A stretch of 64,000 nt of DNA from a bacterium (GTDB lineage Bacteria > Sumerlaeota > Sumerlaeia > SLMS01): assembly GCA_016125005.1 (NCBI GenBank), contig WGMQ01000021.1:8312-72311 (forward strand), given 5' to 3'. The notes under the pieces are model-generated. The model saw only the letters and a list, made by a program, of their open reading frames with translations, made no database searches and was not told the origin of the DNA. The translations under genes and the position numbers were made by a program. Positions 28,167 to 38,073 of this stretch are shown here, in pieces. Every line of letters starts with the position of its first letter. Position 1 is the stretch's first letter.

Positions 28167-28883
28167 TCAGCCCAGCGACTCGATCAGCCCCCGGAGCTCG
28201 TCGTCGATCTCGGCGGGGTCGGCCACAGTCTCCGCAACGCGTGCGCGGAGTTCCTCACGATAGCGTTTCCTCATGCGTGAAACGGCCATCTTCACCGCAT
28301 CCACCGTCATGCCAAGAACGGCCGCCGCCTCCGCGTGACGCTCGGCTTCCTCCCCACGGGCGATCTGAGGGTGAAGCCGTTCGAACAGCGCCCCGCGACC
28401 TTCCTTCTCGTAACGACGACGCAGCGCCGCCAGCGAATCCTCCATGAGCGCCAACGCCCATTGTCGTCGATAGGACTTTTCCGGCGTCATGGCGTCGACC
28501 GGCTCCAGCGCCAAGGCTCGCTCAACCGCATCGACTTCCAGCGGAAGGACCGGTACTCCCCCGCCACGCTTTGCCGCACCGTCCCGACGGCGCACGTCCG
28601 CCACGAAGTGATTCAGCGCCGCCAGCAGGTAGGTCCGAAACCGCCCTCGCTCCTGTTCGGGAGTTCCGACGCCGCCCTTCTCAAGCAGCGACGCGATGAA
28701 GCCCTGCGTCAGGTCCATGGCCGAGTCGGGGTCGTTTCCGATCCGCCGCAGGTAACAGTACACTGGCTTCCAGTAGAGGACACACAGTTCGCCCAAGGCA
28801 CGCTTGGCGTCACTGCCCGGTGCCTGCCGCGCAGCGAGGACCAGGGACCACCTGGTTGTCCGAAATGGAGCCTGAGTGGTCAC
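28167..28883 (-). CDS. ECF-type RNA polymerase sigma factor (TRWSLV N-terminal motif family)
   Basis: MTTQAPFRTTRWSLVLAA start typical of PVC-group ECF sigmas, followed by sigma-70 region 2 and region 4 helices. Confidence 0.7.
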   Translation of the reverse strand: MTTQAPFRTTRWSLVLAARQAPGSDAKRALGELCVLYWKPVYCYLRRIGNDPDSAMDLTQGFIASLLEKGGVGTPEQERGRFRTYLLAALNHFVADVRRRDGAAKRGGGVPVLPLEVDAVERALALEPVDAMTPEKSYRRQWALALMEDSLAALRRRYEKEGRGALFERLHPQIARGEEAERHAEAAAVLGMTVDAVKMAVSRMRKRYREELRARVAETVADPAEIDDELRGLIESLG

Positions 28884-29017
28884 GCTTCGAGCCTCCGAAC
28901 TGGGTAGACCAAAGATTCACGTCCGACTGTCATGGGGTCAATAAGACTGCCGCCTCCCCGTGAAGGGAGGCGGCAGGGGTGGAGCGGTTGTGTTGAGTCG
29001 CCCGTGGGCGAGTCAGC

Positions 29018-30598
29018 TTAGTAGTTGGACCAGTCGCTGACGGTGCTGTTGGTCGTCAGGTAGGACGGACGGAAGGGGACAGGGGCTGTGGAGCCACTGG
29101 CCACAGCAGCGCGGCCCGACTTCAGGTCGACGGTGAAGCTGTAGGCAGCGGCGTTGGTAACATCGAGGCCGGGGTAGTTCGGGCTGAATCCGATGTGGTG
29201 TGTGAGACCACGGGGGTTGACTTCGACCTGCTCGTCAGCGGCCTGAGCCCAGCTGCCGGTCCAAGTGGCTGTACGAGCGGCGACCTTCCACTCGAGGCCA
29301 GTTCCACCGAGAAGCGCGGTGAAGGTACCACTCCACACGCCGTCACCGATGCTGCTCAGTTCCATTCCTGCGCCGCTCGGGGTCGGGGTCCAGTCGCCGA
29401 GAGAAGCGTCGCCGGTCAGGAACTCAGACTGGAGCGCACCAACGATTTCCGCGTCCGTGAAGACGTTGAGGAGCGAGTGGGTCGCGTCGTCGTTCACGAC
29501 GGAGATGAAGTCGGAGGCGGGGAGGAAGCCGTCAGAGTAGGTGTTACGGTCGAAGTACACGCGAACGGACTGGTTCGGCGTGGTCGTGTTGAAGGTGTAG
29601 CCGTCGGGGCCGGTGGCACCAGCGGTGAGTTCAACGGCACCTGCCGGCCAGACTGTGGTGTTCTCGTCGTAAACGCGGACCCAGTGGTCGCCAGCGGTCG
29701 GGATCACGAAGGTCTTGGCGTAAAGGTTGGGGCTGATGACATCCATCTTTTCGGCGGGGGTATATCCCTGCGCCGTGGAGTCGAAGCTGACGTAATAGCC
29801 CGGGTCGATGACGACAGCGGACTGGACGTCAACCTTCACGCGACCCGTTTCGATGTTGAGAAGGATCTGGGCGGTGTCAGCGGTGCTGAGAATGTTGATT
29901 GAAAGGTTGCTGCCGCCGTCGAGGCCGCTCTGGCCAATCTTCGGGTCGTAATCGCCGTCAGCCTCAATGATGAGGCCTTCGTAGGTACCGGCAGGGATAC
30001 CAGTCCAAACAGGGGTGGCCCAAATGTTATCGCCGAGAGTGCCGTTGCCGGCGTCGGTCAGAGCAACGCCCGTTGCATAGGTCCAGTCGGTGCCGGCGCC
30101 GATTTCGCTCTGAATGGAGCCGTGGAAGCGCCATTCACCGGCCGTGGCCGTGAAGACGAGCGCCGTGGCGCTGCTGCCAACAAAGCCTTCGGACGGATCG
30201 GGAAGATATCCATCACCGAATGCAGAGTTGCGAGCGTTGAAGGTGATGGCCGTGTTTGGGTCGGCGGGAGCGCGGAGCACGTTGGCCGGGCCTGACGGGA
30301 TCACAGAGCCAAAGCCGCTGGTGGCAATCTTGTAGTAGTAGAAGGTGCCGGGCGTCAGTGAGTGGTTGGGGACAGCGCCAGAAGCACCGTTGATCGTGAT
30401 GCTGGCCGTTCCGCCGGAGAAGGCGGGGAGTGCCAGATCACCGGCAACACCGATGGTACCACCATCAAAGCGAGCGGCAGTGCCCGGGGACCAGTCGGCA
30501 TCCGTCACGGTGCCCGTGATGTAATACTGGGCTGAAGCGCTGGAGGCCAGTGCGGCCACCGAAAGCGCCAAAAGCGAAATGAAGCTCGAAACGCGCAT
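29018..30598 (-). CDS. secreted Gly/Thr-rich beta-rich protein of unknown function
   Basis: Clear signal peptide MRVSSFISLLALSVAALASSASA|QYY; 526 aa; no recognisable motif. Immediately downstream of a prepilin-like gene. Confidence 0.5.
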   Translation of the reverse strand: MRVSSFISLLALSVAALASSASAQYYITGTVTDADWSPGTAARFDGGTIGVAGDLALPAFSGGTASITINGASGAVPNHSLTPGTFYYYKIATSGFGSVIPSGPANVLRAPADPNTAITFNARNSAFGDGYLPDPSEGFVGSSATALVFTATAGEWRFHGSIQSEIGAGTDWTYATGVALTDAGNGTLGDNIWATPVWTGIPAGTYEGLIIEADGDYDPKIGQSGLDGGSNLSINILSTADTAQILLNIETGRVKVDVQSAVVIDPGYYVSFDSTAQGYTPAEKMDVISPNLYAKTFVIPTAGDHWVRVYDENTTVWPAGAVELTAGATGPDGYTFNTTTPNQSVRVYFDRNTYSDGFLPASDFISVVNDDATHSLLNVFTDAEIVGALQSEFLTGDASLGDWTPTPSGAGMELSSIGDGVWSGTFTALLGGTGLEWKVAARTATWTGSWAQAADEQVEVNPRGLTHHIGFSPNYPGLDVTNAAAYSFTVDLKSGRAAVASGSTAPVPFRPSYLTTNSTVSDWSNY

Positions 30599-30670
30599 GA
30601 GTTTTCCCTTTCTTGCGTGGAGAGTGTCCCAGGGGGGCGATGAGGCCCCGCTGTTAGATCCTGAGTTTGG

Positions 30671-31345
30671 TTAGTTCTTGCCCGTGCCGGAACGATCACT
30701 GAAGACCACGATATCGCCGTAGGACACGGTGCCGTTCGTGGGATCGTAAACGCGGGCCTTGTCCGCGCTCCAACCGGCGCGCTGAGCAGAGATGCCGGCG
30801 TCACGATCATCAAGATTGTCCGGACCAACAGACTTCATCAGCCACTCGCCGGAACGGGAGACGGCCACAGCACCGGGGGTGAGGGCGCCTTGGGCGATGT
30901 AGTAGAGACGGTCGCTGTTGTAGTTCGGGTCGTTCGTGCTTGGATCGTTTAGGAAGCGGCGCACGTAAAGGTAGGACTTCACCGTGGAGGCCACCTTGGG
31001 GTCGGAGGAACTGGCAGAACCGTAGTTCTCCTTCCAGGGCGAGGCGGGAATTGAGGTCAGATAGGAGATCGGGGTGGTCAGGCGGAGGATCGATCGCTTG
31101 CCTGTTGCCAGAGCAGCGATACCCTGATCCGTTTCCGGATAGCGGTTATTGTCGACGTAATACGACTCCAAGCCGGTCCGAATCGTTCGCATGTCGGCCA
31201 GCGTCCGGCTTACCTTGGAGCGGACCTGCGCTTCAAGGAAGTTGGGGACGGCGATTGCCGCCAGGATCGCGATGATCGCGACGACGATCAGGAGCTCGAT
31301 AAGCGTGAAGCCTGACCGACGGTTCAAAATTGGCGCTACTTTCAT
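30671..31345 (-). CDS. prepilin-type N-terminal cleavage/methylation domain protein with DUF1559-like C-terminal domain
   Basis: Start moved to MKVAPILNRRSG|FTLIELLIVVAIIAILAAIAVPNF (Glu+5); the C-terminal part resembles the PVC-specific H-X9-DG/DUF1559 family. Confidence 0.7.
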   Translation of the reverse strand: MKVAPILNRRSGFTLIELLIVVAIIAILAAIAVPNFLEAQVRSKVSRTLADMRTIRTGLESYYVDNNRYPETDQGIAALATGKRSILRLTTPISYLTSIPASPWKENYGSASSSDPKVASTVKSYLYVRRFLNDPSTNDPNYNSDRLYYIAQGALTPGAVAVSRSGEWLMKSVGPDNLDDRDAGISAQRAGWSADKARVYDPTNGTVSYGDIVVFSDRSGTGKN

Positions 31346-31490
31346 GGGGGACACCAATCCTCTCAAAAAGTTAAGTGCAAACTCTTGCGGTTTTTGCACT
31401 GGCATTTGATTGGTTATCTCTAGTAACCCCGCCGGTCAAGACAAATGTTGGACAGTCCCAAGGTTCTTTTTCCCGCACCAGACGGGGCTT

Positions 31491-32609
31491 CTAGCAAGTT
31501 TTTATTGATCCGCTCGAACAATCGCCCAGCCCGGTCCAAGCCTGTGCAAGCCTTCTCCCCGTCACGGGCGCCAGCAGGATTCCATTGCGAAAGTGTCCGA
31601 GTGCAACAAGCAGGTTTGCGCGCCCTTGTGCGAGCCCCATCAACGGTTCACCATTTCCCATCCTGGGACGGAAACCAATCCACGATTCGGAGATGGGAAT
31701 GCGGCGGAGTCCGGGGGCCAGTTCCACCGCCAGACGGTGCAAGTCACGGTTCACACCGCCGTCCACGCTGGGGCTGAATCCGACGTCTTCCATGGTGGCG
31801 CCGACGACGATTCCCTGTCCGCTCCGCGGCGCCAGATAGATGTGGTGTTCGTGGACGACATGACGGAGCCAGCCGTCGGGAACGTCGAAGCGGGCAATCT
31901 GTCCCTTGATGGGTGTCACGTCGAGGTGGAGGCCGAAGAGTTCCCCGAGGTGGTGGGACCAGGCGCCGGTGGCCAACAGGGCCTGCACGGGCTCGACGCG
32001 GGTTTCGTCGTCGAGGAGCACGGCAGTGAGGGTCGCTTCTTCGAATTCCACGGCGCGTAGTCTCTGGCGAATGAAGCTGCCGCCCCGGCGAAGGAACTCG
32101 GCGCTCAGCGCATCGTGCATCAGGCGGGGATTGACGATGCCGCCGGGGATGCGCAGGGCAGCTGTGCACCTGCCTCCGTGAAGGGCCGGCTCAGCCTCGT
32201 GGAGGGCGGCGCCGGAAAGTTCCTCGATCTCGGCAAAGCGCGAGGCGAACTCTGCGATGCGCCGCGAGCGTGCCTGCGAGGCATCGCTGGCGGGGATGAG
32301 GAGCCCTCGCGGTTCCACTCGCGGGCCGTGCGGGCAGAATCGTGCGAGGAACTCGGGATAATAATCGAATGACTCCATGGAGAGTCGAAAGAGGTCGCTT
32401 TCCTCTTCGAACTCGGCCAGGGGCGCGAGCATGCCGGCGGCAGCGCGGGACGCGATACCGGGGTTGGTGGGGGCGTCGAGGATGCTGACGCGCAGCGCGG
32501 GGCTCGTCTCCATGATGTGGAGCGCGCAACTCAGGCCGATGACGCCCCCTCCGATCACCAGCAGATCGGTGGTCAATGTGGTAACGATGGGGCTCGTGAC
32601 CGGCTTCAT
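31491..32609 (-). CDS. FAD-dependent oxidoreductase (glycine/D-amino-acid oxidase, ThiO-like)
   Basis: N-terminal dinucleotide-binding LLVIGGGVIGLSCA (GxGxxG) and DAO-family C-terminal G(H)xRNG-like region. Confidence 0.65.
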   Translation of the reverse strand: MKPVTSPIVTTLTTDLLVIGGGVIGLSCALHIMETSPALRVSILDAPTNPGIASRAAAGMLAPLAEFEEESDLFRLSMESFDYYPEFLARFCPHGPRVEPRGLLIPASDASQARSRRIAEFASRFAEIEELSGAALHEAEPALHGGRCTAALRIPGGIVNPRLMHDALSAEFLRRGGSFIRQRLRAVEFEEATLTAVLLDDETRVEPVQALLATGAWSHHLGELFGLHLDVTPIKGQIARFDVPDGWLRHVVHEHHIYLAPRSGQGIVVGATMEDVGFSPSVDGGVNRDLHRLAVELAPGLRRIPISESWIGFRPRMGNGEPLMGLAQGRANLLVALGHFRNGILLAPVTGRRLAQAWTGLGDCSSGSIKTC

Positions 32610-32843
32610 GGGATTCCTGGGGGCCGTGGGGGATGCTTACTGCGTCGGGTCAATTGGAGCATCCGAATGGCGGGGCTCAACAAGGATCATGAGGCGGAGG
32701 CAAAGAAGCTGTGGAATGGCGGGTTCCGTGGCCCGTCTTGGCCTTGACAGGCCCTCGCTCCCACCCTTTGACTCTCCCGGCTTTGTGAACCAATTCACAA
32801 TCTTGGTAGTATCATCCCCCGCGAACGGTCACCCGGCGCCCCA

Positions 32844-33260
32844 ATGAACGCGATACCAGTCCTCGCCTACACACCGCTTGATCAGGCCTATGTGCCGGTT
32901 CTGGTCATGCTGGTCATTGCCCTAGCCTTCGGGCTTGGGACGATGATCGTCTCCCCGTTTTTCGGCAAGAACAAGCCGAACGCAGCCAAAATGGAACCTT
33001 ATGAGTGCGGTATCCCCACCGTGGGGACGTCGCGCATTCAGGTTTTCGTGCGGTTTTACCTCGTGGCGCTGCTGTTCCTGCTATTTGACATGGAAATTGT
33101 GTACATCGTGGTGTGGGCGCTGGCGATGACGAATCCGGCCAATGCCCAAGTACCGGGCTTCGTGTGGTTTTCGATGCTCGTCATGTTTGCCTACACGGCG
33201 ATCCTGCTCGTCGGCCTGATCTACGAGTGGAAGAAAGGGGTCCTCAATTGGAACAAGTAA
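32844..33260 (+). CDS. nuoA: NADH-quinone oxidoreductase subunit A
   Basis: 138 aa, three TM helices, conserved EPYECG motif. Confidence 0.85.
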   Translation: MNAIPVLAYTPLDQAYVPVLVMLVIALAFGLGTMIVSPFFGKNKPNAAKMEPYECGIPTVGTSRIQVFVRFYLVALLFLLFDMEIVYIVVWALAMTNPANAQVPGFVWFSMLVMFAYTAILLVGLIYEWKKGVLNWNK

Positions 33261-33805
33261 AGGGTAGTGGAATCCTGACGGCATCGGCCGGCACCACGGT
33301 GATCCCCGGTGTTGGTGTTCAGGAGGGCGAGTCGGACTTCGTCACCCTCCAGTCGCCGGAAAATGCACTCACCAAGACGCTGAGCGACGCCATTGCCTAT
33401 GCGCGCCGCAATTCGATCTGGCCGCTGATGATGGGGCTGAGCTGCTGCGGTATCGAAATGATGGCTACCGCTGCCTCGCGCTTTGACTTGTCGCGCTTCG
33501 GCTCCGAGGTGTTCCGTCCCTCGCCCCGCCAGGCGGACCTGATGATCGTGGCCGGCACGGTGACCAAGAAGATGGCTCCCGTGGTGCGTCGCCTTTATGA
33601 CCAGATGGCCGAGCCCAAGTGGGTCATCGCCATGGGCGCCTGCTCTTCCTGCGGCGGCATGTACAACGTCTACTCGGTGCTTCAGGGCGTCGACGAGATC
33701 GTTCCCGTGGACGTCTACGTGCCCGGCTGCCCGCCGCGCCCCGAGGCCCTCATCTACGGCATCATGCAACTCCAGAAGAAGATCGGCCGCGAACCGATCT
33801 TCTGA
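33247..33805 (+). CDS. nuoB: NADH-quinone oxidoreductase subunit B
   Basis: CCxxE...GxCxxxGG...CPP cluster-N2 ligands ([24 protein letters not shown]). Start set at in-frame TTG 33247; in-frame GTG 33299 is an alternative. The tracked ATG at 33113 would overlap nuoA by 150 nt and was not used. Confidence 0.8.
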
Positions 33806-33835
33806 TTTCCCTCCGTCCAGAAAGGTAGCCCAGGC

Positions 33836-34408
33836 GTGGCTGTTGACCTCAACAAGCTTCAGGAACTCCTCCGCAACAAGATGAGCGAGTACTATGGCGA
33901 CAAGGTGTATTCCATCACCATCGCCCACGGTGAACTCGTCATGGTCGTCGACCGGGCCATCATCGTCCAGGCTTGCACGACTCTGCGCGACGATCCCGAC
34001 TTTCAGTTCGACTTCCTCTCCTACGTGACGGCCATCGACTGGTCGGCCATGAACAAGCAGCCGCGCTACGAGGTGATCTACCAGCTCCTGTCGCTGAAGA
34101 AGACGCACCGGATGCGCGTCAAGGCTGGCGTCCCCGATTCGGATCCCGCCATTGACACGGTTTGTGACGTGTGGCCGGGCGCCAACTGGATGGAGCGCGA
34201 GACCTTCGACATGTTCGGCATCATTTTCCGCGGTCACCCGGACCTGCGCCGCATCCTGATGCCGGAGGACTGGGAAGGGCACCCGCTCCGCAAGGAGTTC
34301 CCCCTCGGCGGCGTGAAGTCCTTCTACTTCAAGCGCTCCACCGAGCCGCGCGCCGGCGAGCCAAAGAACCTGGTCCCGCGCGTTCGCGAGCAGCTCTCGG
34401 ATATCTGA
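33836..34408 (+). CDS. nuoC: NADH-quinone oxidoreductase subunit C (30 kDa)
   Basis: GTG start; ANWMERETFDMFGIIFRGHPDLRRIL signature of NuoC/Nqo5. Confidence 0.85.
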   Translation: MAVDLNKLQELLRNKMSEYYGDKVYSITIAHGELVMVVDRAIIVQACTTLRDDPDFQFDFLSYVTAIDWSAMNKQPRYEVIYQLLSLKKTHRMRVKAGVPDSDPAIDTVCDVWPGANWMERETFDMFGIIFRGHPDLRRILMPEDWEGHPLRKEFPLGGVKSFYFKRSTEPRAGEPKNLVPRVREQLSDI

Positions 34409-34427
34409 CGACCAACAGAAGGCTTCC

Positions 34428-35639
34428 ATGACAACCAAGCGCATCGTAGAGCATACATTCGAAAGCCTCGAGAGCATGTCGCTCAACATGGGCCCCCAGC
34501 ACCCGTCGACCCACGGCGTGCTCCGGGTGGTTCTGGAACTCGACGGCGAAATCATTGAGAAGGCCACCTGCCACCTTGGCTACCTGCACCGGGCCAAGGA
34601 AAAGCACGCCGAGCACAAGACCTATCACCAGTTCATCCCCTACACGGACCGCATGGACTACCTTTCCCCGATGACCAACAACACGGCCTTCTGCATGACC
34701 GTGGAAAAGGCGCTGGGCTTGGAAGTCACGCAACGCTGCAAGTACATGCGCACGCTTCTCTGCGAGCTGGCCCGCATGTCCTCCCACCTGCTGTGGCTCG
34801 GCACGGGCGCGCTCGAACTGGGCGCCATGACGATCTTCCTCTGGTCCTTTACCCAGCGTGAGAAGCTCTACGACATCTTCGAGTGGATCTCGGGAGCGCG
34901 CTTCACCGTCAGCTACATGCGCGTCGGTGGTGTGGCGCGTGCCGATTATCCCGAGTGGCGCCGCATGGTGAAGGACTTCCTGAACCAATACATGGCCGCC
35001 CACAAAGAGTTCGAGACGATGCTGAACGGGAACGAGATCTTCCTGAACCGCGTCGTGGATGTGGGTCGTATCTCGGCGCAGGACGCCATCGCCCTGAGCC
35101 TCTCCGGCCCGTCGCTGCGTGCCTCTGGCATCGATTGGGACGCCCGTCGTGACACCCCCTACCTCGCCTACGAGGAAATGGACTTCGATGTCCACATCGA
35201 GACGAAGGGCGACTGCATGGCCCGCTACGTCGTCCGCATGAATGAGATCGTCGAATCGTGGAAGATCTGCTGCCAGGCGCTCGAGAAGCTGGAGAAATGC
35301 GCGAATCAGCCAATGAACATCGACAATCCCAAGGTGATCTTCCCGCCGAAGGAGAACGTCAAGAAGTCGATGGAGGACTTGATCCATCACTTCCTGCTCG
35401 CCTCCGAGGGCTTCAAGGTTCCTCCGGCAGAGGTGTATCAGGCCATTGAATCACCGAAGGGCGAATTGGGCTTCTTCCTCGTCTCCGACGGCGGACCGAA
35501 GGCCTATCGCCTCGGCGTGCGGAGCCCAAGCTTCATCAACCTTCAGGGTCTTGAATCCATGTCGATCGGACACACCATCTCGGACATCGTGGCGATCATC
35601 GCCTCGCTGGACCCGGTGATGGGTGAAGTCGATCGCTAA
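34428..35639 (+). CDS. nuoD: NADH-quinone oxidoreductase subunit D (49 kDa)
   Basis: NMGPQHPSTHGVLR N-terminal signature and C-terminal ...IASLDPVMGEVDR typical of NuoD/Nqo4. Confidence 0.9.
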   Translation: MTTKRIVEHTFESLESMSLNMGPQHPSTHGVLRVVLELDGEIIEKATCHLGYLHRAKEKHAEHKTYHQFIPYTDRMDYLSPMTNNTAFCMTVEKALGLEVTQRCKYMRTLLCELARMSSHLLWLGTGALELGAMTIFLWSFTQREKLYDIFEWISGARFTVSYMRVGGVARADYPEWRRMVKDFLNQYMAAHKEFETMLNGNEIFLNRVVDVGRISAQDAIALSLSGPSLRASGIDWDARRDTPYLAYEEMDFDVHIETKGDCMARYVVRMNEIVESWKICCQALEKLEKCANQPMNIDNPKVIFPPKENVKKSMEDLIHHFLLASEGFKVPPAEVYQAIESPKGELGFFLVSDGGPKAYRLGVRSPSFINLQGLESMSIGHTISDIVAIIASLDPVMGEVDR

Positions 35640-35748
35640 GCGGGCGGCGCACACCGTGCAGCTTGAATGCAAAACCGAAGGGGCAGCCGGGGGACCGCGC
35701 TGCCCCTTCGCTCGTTTACTGGGCACACGGCGGGGACGCGCGGCCCTG

Positions 35749-35904
35749 ATGACGCTGGTCTTGCTTGGGGTGACGCACTACTTCGGCAACGGCTGGGTGT
35801 CCGATGCGGCCTTCGTGCTGATGTGGCTTCTGGCGCTCGGCCTGTGCGGCTGGGTCCTCCTCCCCACTCGCGCCCGCAAGGCCCCAAAAGTTGAACCCGT
35901 GTAA
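35749..35904 (+). CDS. small two-helix membrane protein (speculative)
   Basis: MTLVLLGVTHYFGNGWVSDAAFVLMWLLALGLCGWVLLPTRARK. Hydrophobic, but the region is also compatible with non-coding sequence after nuoD. Confidence 0.2.
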   Translation: MTLVLLGVTHYFGNGWVSDAAFVLMWLLALGLCGWVLLPTRARKAPKVEPV

Positions 35905-36057
35905 TTTTTTCAAGGCCGGAAGCAAACCGCCGCACCGACGGTCCAGTCTATCAGCATGTGGGCACTTGACCCGGCGACGCCAAATCCCATCGATTGTCGC
36001 AGCCGATACTCTACCCCCAGGCGCCGACCGCCTGGCGACCCCCTAGGAGACCTCTCC

Positions 36058-36822
36058 ATGATTCGCAGAACCTTCCTCGGCACGGCACTGGCCCTTGCGG
36101 CCGCCTTGACCTTCACGACCTCTGCCAATGCCCAGACCGATCGCGGCCCGGAACTCGACGCCTCGAAGGACTACTTCGCCCGGATGATCACCAACAAGGG
36201 CGACATCTACCTCAAGCTGTACGATGACAAGGCCCCCGTCACGGTGAAGAACTTCGTGAACCTGGCCGAGGGCACCGGCGAGTTCCGCGACCCGAAGTCC
36301 GGCAAGTGGGTCAAGCGCCCCTACTTCAACGGCATTCAGTTCCACCGCGTGATCCCGAACTTCATGATCCAAGGTGGCGACCCGACCGCGACCGGCCGCG
36401 GCGGCCCGGGCTATAACTTCCGCGATGAATTTGTCCCAGAACTGAACTTCACCAAGCCCGGCATCCTGGCCATGGCCAACAGCGGCCCCAACACCAATGG
36501 CTCCCAGTTCTTCATCACGGACGCCGCCACCGACTGGCTGAACCAGAAGCACTCGATCTTTGGCGAGGTGCTGGAAGGCACCGACGGCATCAACGTGGTG
36601 AAGTCCATCGCCAACGCCCCCCGTGACGCCGGCGACCGCCCCACTTCCCCCATCGTGATCGAACGTCTCATCATTGCCAAGCTCGACACCGGCGCCAGCG
36701 CTGCCTCGGCGTTGGAAGCACTCAAGGCCGCTCCCGAGACCGCACCCGCCACCGAAGCCGCTCCGGCAGCCCCCGCCAAGACCGACGAGGCCCCGGCCGC
36801 GACTCCCGCCACCGCCCCGTAA
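36058..36822 (+). CDS. cyclophilin-type peptidyl-prolyl cis-trans isomerase with Tat-like signal and Ala/Pro-rich C-terminal tail
   Basis: TAGGAGA Shine-Dalgarno, then MIRRTFLGTALALAAALTFTTSANA (RRxFL twin-arginine-like). Cyclophilin core (FHRVIPNFMIQGGDP...ANSGPNTNGSQFFIT); tail of Ala/Pro/Thr/Glu low complexity. Confidence 0.85.
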   Translation: MIRRTFLGTALALAAALTFTTSANAQTDRGPELDASKDYFARMITNKGDIYLKLYDDKAPVTVKNFVNLAEGTGEFRDPKSGKWVKRPYFNGIQFHRVIPNFMIQGGDPTATGRGGPGYNFRDEFVPELNFTKPGILAMANSGPNTNGSQFFITDAATDWLNQKHSIFGEVLEGTDGINVVKSIANAPRDAGDRPTSPIVIERLIIAKLDTGASAASALEALKAAPETAPATEAAPAAPAKTDEAPAATPATAP

Positions 36823-36919
36823 CGAAAGGCAGCAACCAGTGACACCACGGTCCCCCGGCAAGCGTGAGGCTGGCCGGGGGATTATTCTTGGGAGCGCGTG
36901 GCGTCGGCGAAAACGAAGC

Positions 36920-38020
36920 CTACTGGTAGAGCAACCAGTCTTGCGCGGAGAGCGTCGCGGCAGGGGCGGCAAGGGCCTTCACCACCGTATCGAAGACCGC
37001 CGCCTTGGCCGCTGGCGTCGGCACCGTCACGGCAATGAACTCGCACTCATGCTGGAGGGGGAGCGTGACGGTTGCGTTGACCGTCTCGTAACCCTCCAAC
37101 TCGACGGTAAATGTCACTGGAGTGGTCGGCATGGCCGTGGAGGGGCGTAGTTGGGTGCCGAAAGTCACCAGACTCCCGTTCGGTGCGACGAAGTCGGCGG
37201 GATAGTCCGGATAGACAGCGGGATGATAGGGCCAAGGCCACCCGGGGTAGTCATTTGTGCACCAAAAGGCCTTCACATCATGCGGAAAAGTCCCGTAGAA
37301 GTCACGATAGGGATAGACTGCCGCCACGAGAGAGGACAAATGATCGGTAAACGTCAGCGTCGCGGTAGAGTCGATGTCCACCATGTTGGGAACGCACATG
37401 GAAGGGATCAGCACACCCGCTTGGCTGGTGTCTTCCATCACCATGAAGCTAACGGTCGCGATGGAAGATGGATCAGTGTACGGAGTGTTCTGGCCGATCT
37501 CGCCCGAATTCGAGCGCACGATATCCAGGTCCCATCCGGTAGCATCCACGGGAACGCCGATGGTCAGCGCCTCCACCGTGCTCGAGTTTCGGAGATCCGG
37601 CATCGCGAAGTTGACGAAACACTCCCCCTCGATCACGCCGTAGCTGGGAATGGTGTAGGTATACTCATATTCGCGACCGGGGGTAGCGTCTACAGGAAGC
37701 GGCGGGAATGTTTGGCTGGAAATGCCTACAACCCCGCCAGAGCCGCTACAAGTCTGCTGAAGAAAGACAGTCCCTGTGTCCTTCCAGCGCAGCTCGATTT
37801 CGGAACCGGCGAGGTAGCTGGAAGCGGCGGCGGACTTCTCGGCGCGAATGACTCCCTTACCCGACACCGTGTCGACGAGGTTGACGTTGATGGTAATCCA
37901 ACGTGGGTCCGTGTCATCGTGGCCCGGCGTGGGAATCCAGACGGCATGAGCACTAGTGGTCAAGAGTACGAGCAGCGCCAAGGCACAAAGAGCGATGAAT
38001 GTTTTACGACATGTCTTCAT
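36920..38020 (-). CDS. secreted protein of unknown function
   Basis: Signal peptide MKTCRKTFIALCALALLVLLTTSAHA; 366 aa; Trp/Tyr/Pro-rich segment; no recognisable motif. Confidence 0.5.
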   Translation of the reverse strand: MKTCRKTFIALCALALLVLLTTSAHAVWIPTPGHDDTDPRWITINVNLVDTVSGKGVIRAEKSAAASSYLAGSEIELRWKDTGTVFLQQTCSGSGGVVGISSQTFPPLPVDATPGREYEYTYTIPSYGVIEGECFVNFAMPDLRNSSTVEALTIGVPVDATGWDLDIVRSNSGEIGQNTPYTDPSSIATVSFMVMEDTSQAGVLIPSMCVPNMVDIDSTATLTFTDHLSSLVAAVYPYRDFYGTFPHDVKAFWCTNDYPGWPWPYHPAVYPDYPADFVAPNGSLVTFGTQLRPSTAMPTTPVTFTVELEGYETVNATVTLPLQHECEFIAVTVPTPAAKAAVFDTVVKALAAPAATLSAQDWLLYQ

Positions 38021-38073
38021 GATGCGATCCTCCCCTGGATCGAATGGAAAAAGGTGAATGGTTCCGCGGACAA

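Noticed and set aside
33113-33246. ATG start at 33113 for nuoB as tracked
   Set aside because: It would overlap nuoA by about 150 nt and add about 45 residues with no counterpart in NuoB proteins. The in-frame TTG at 33247 (or GTG at 33299) just after the nuoA stop gives a normal-length NuoB.
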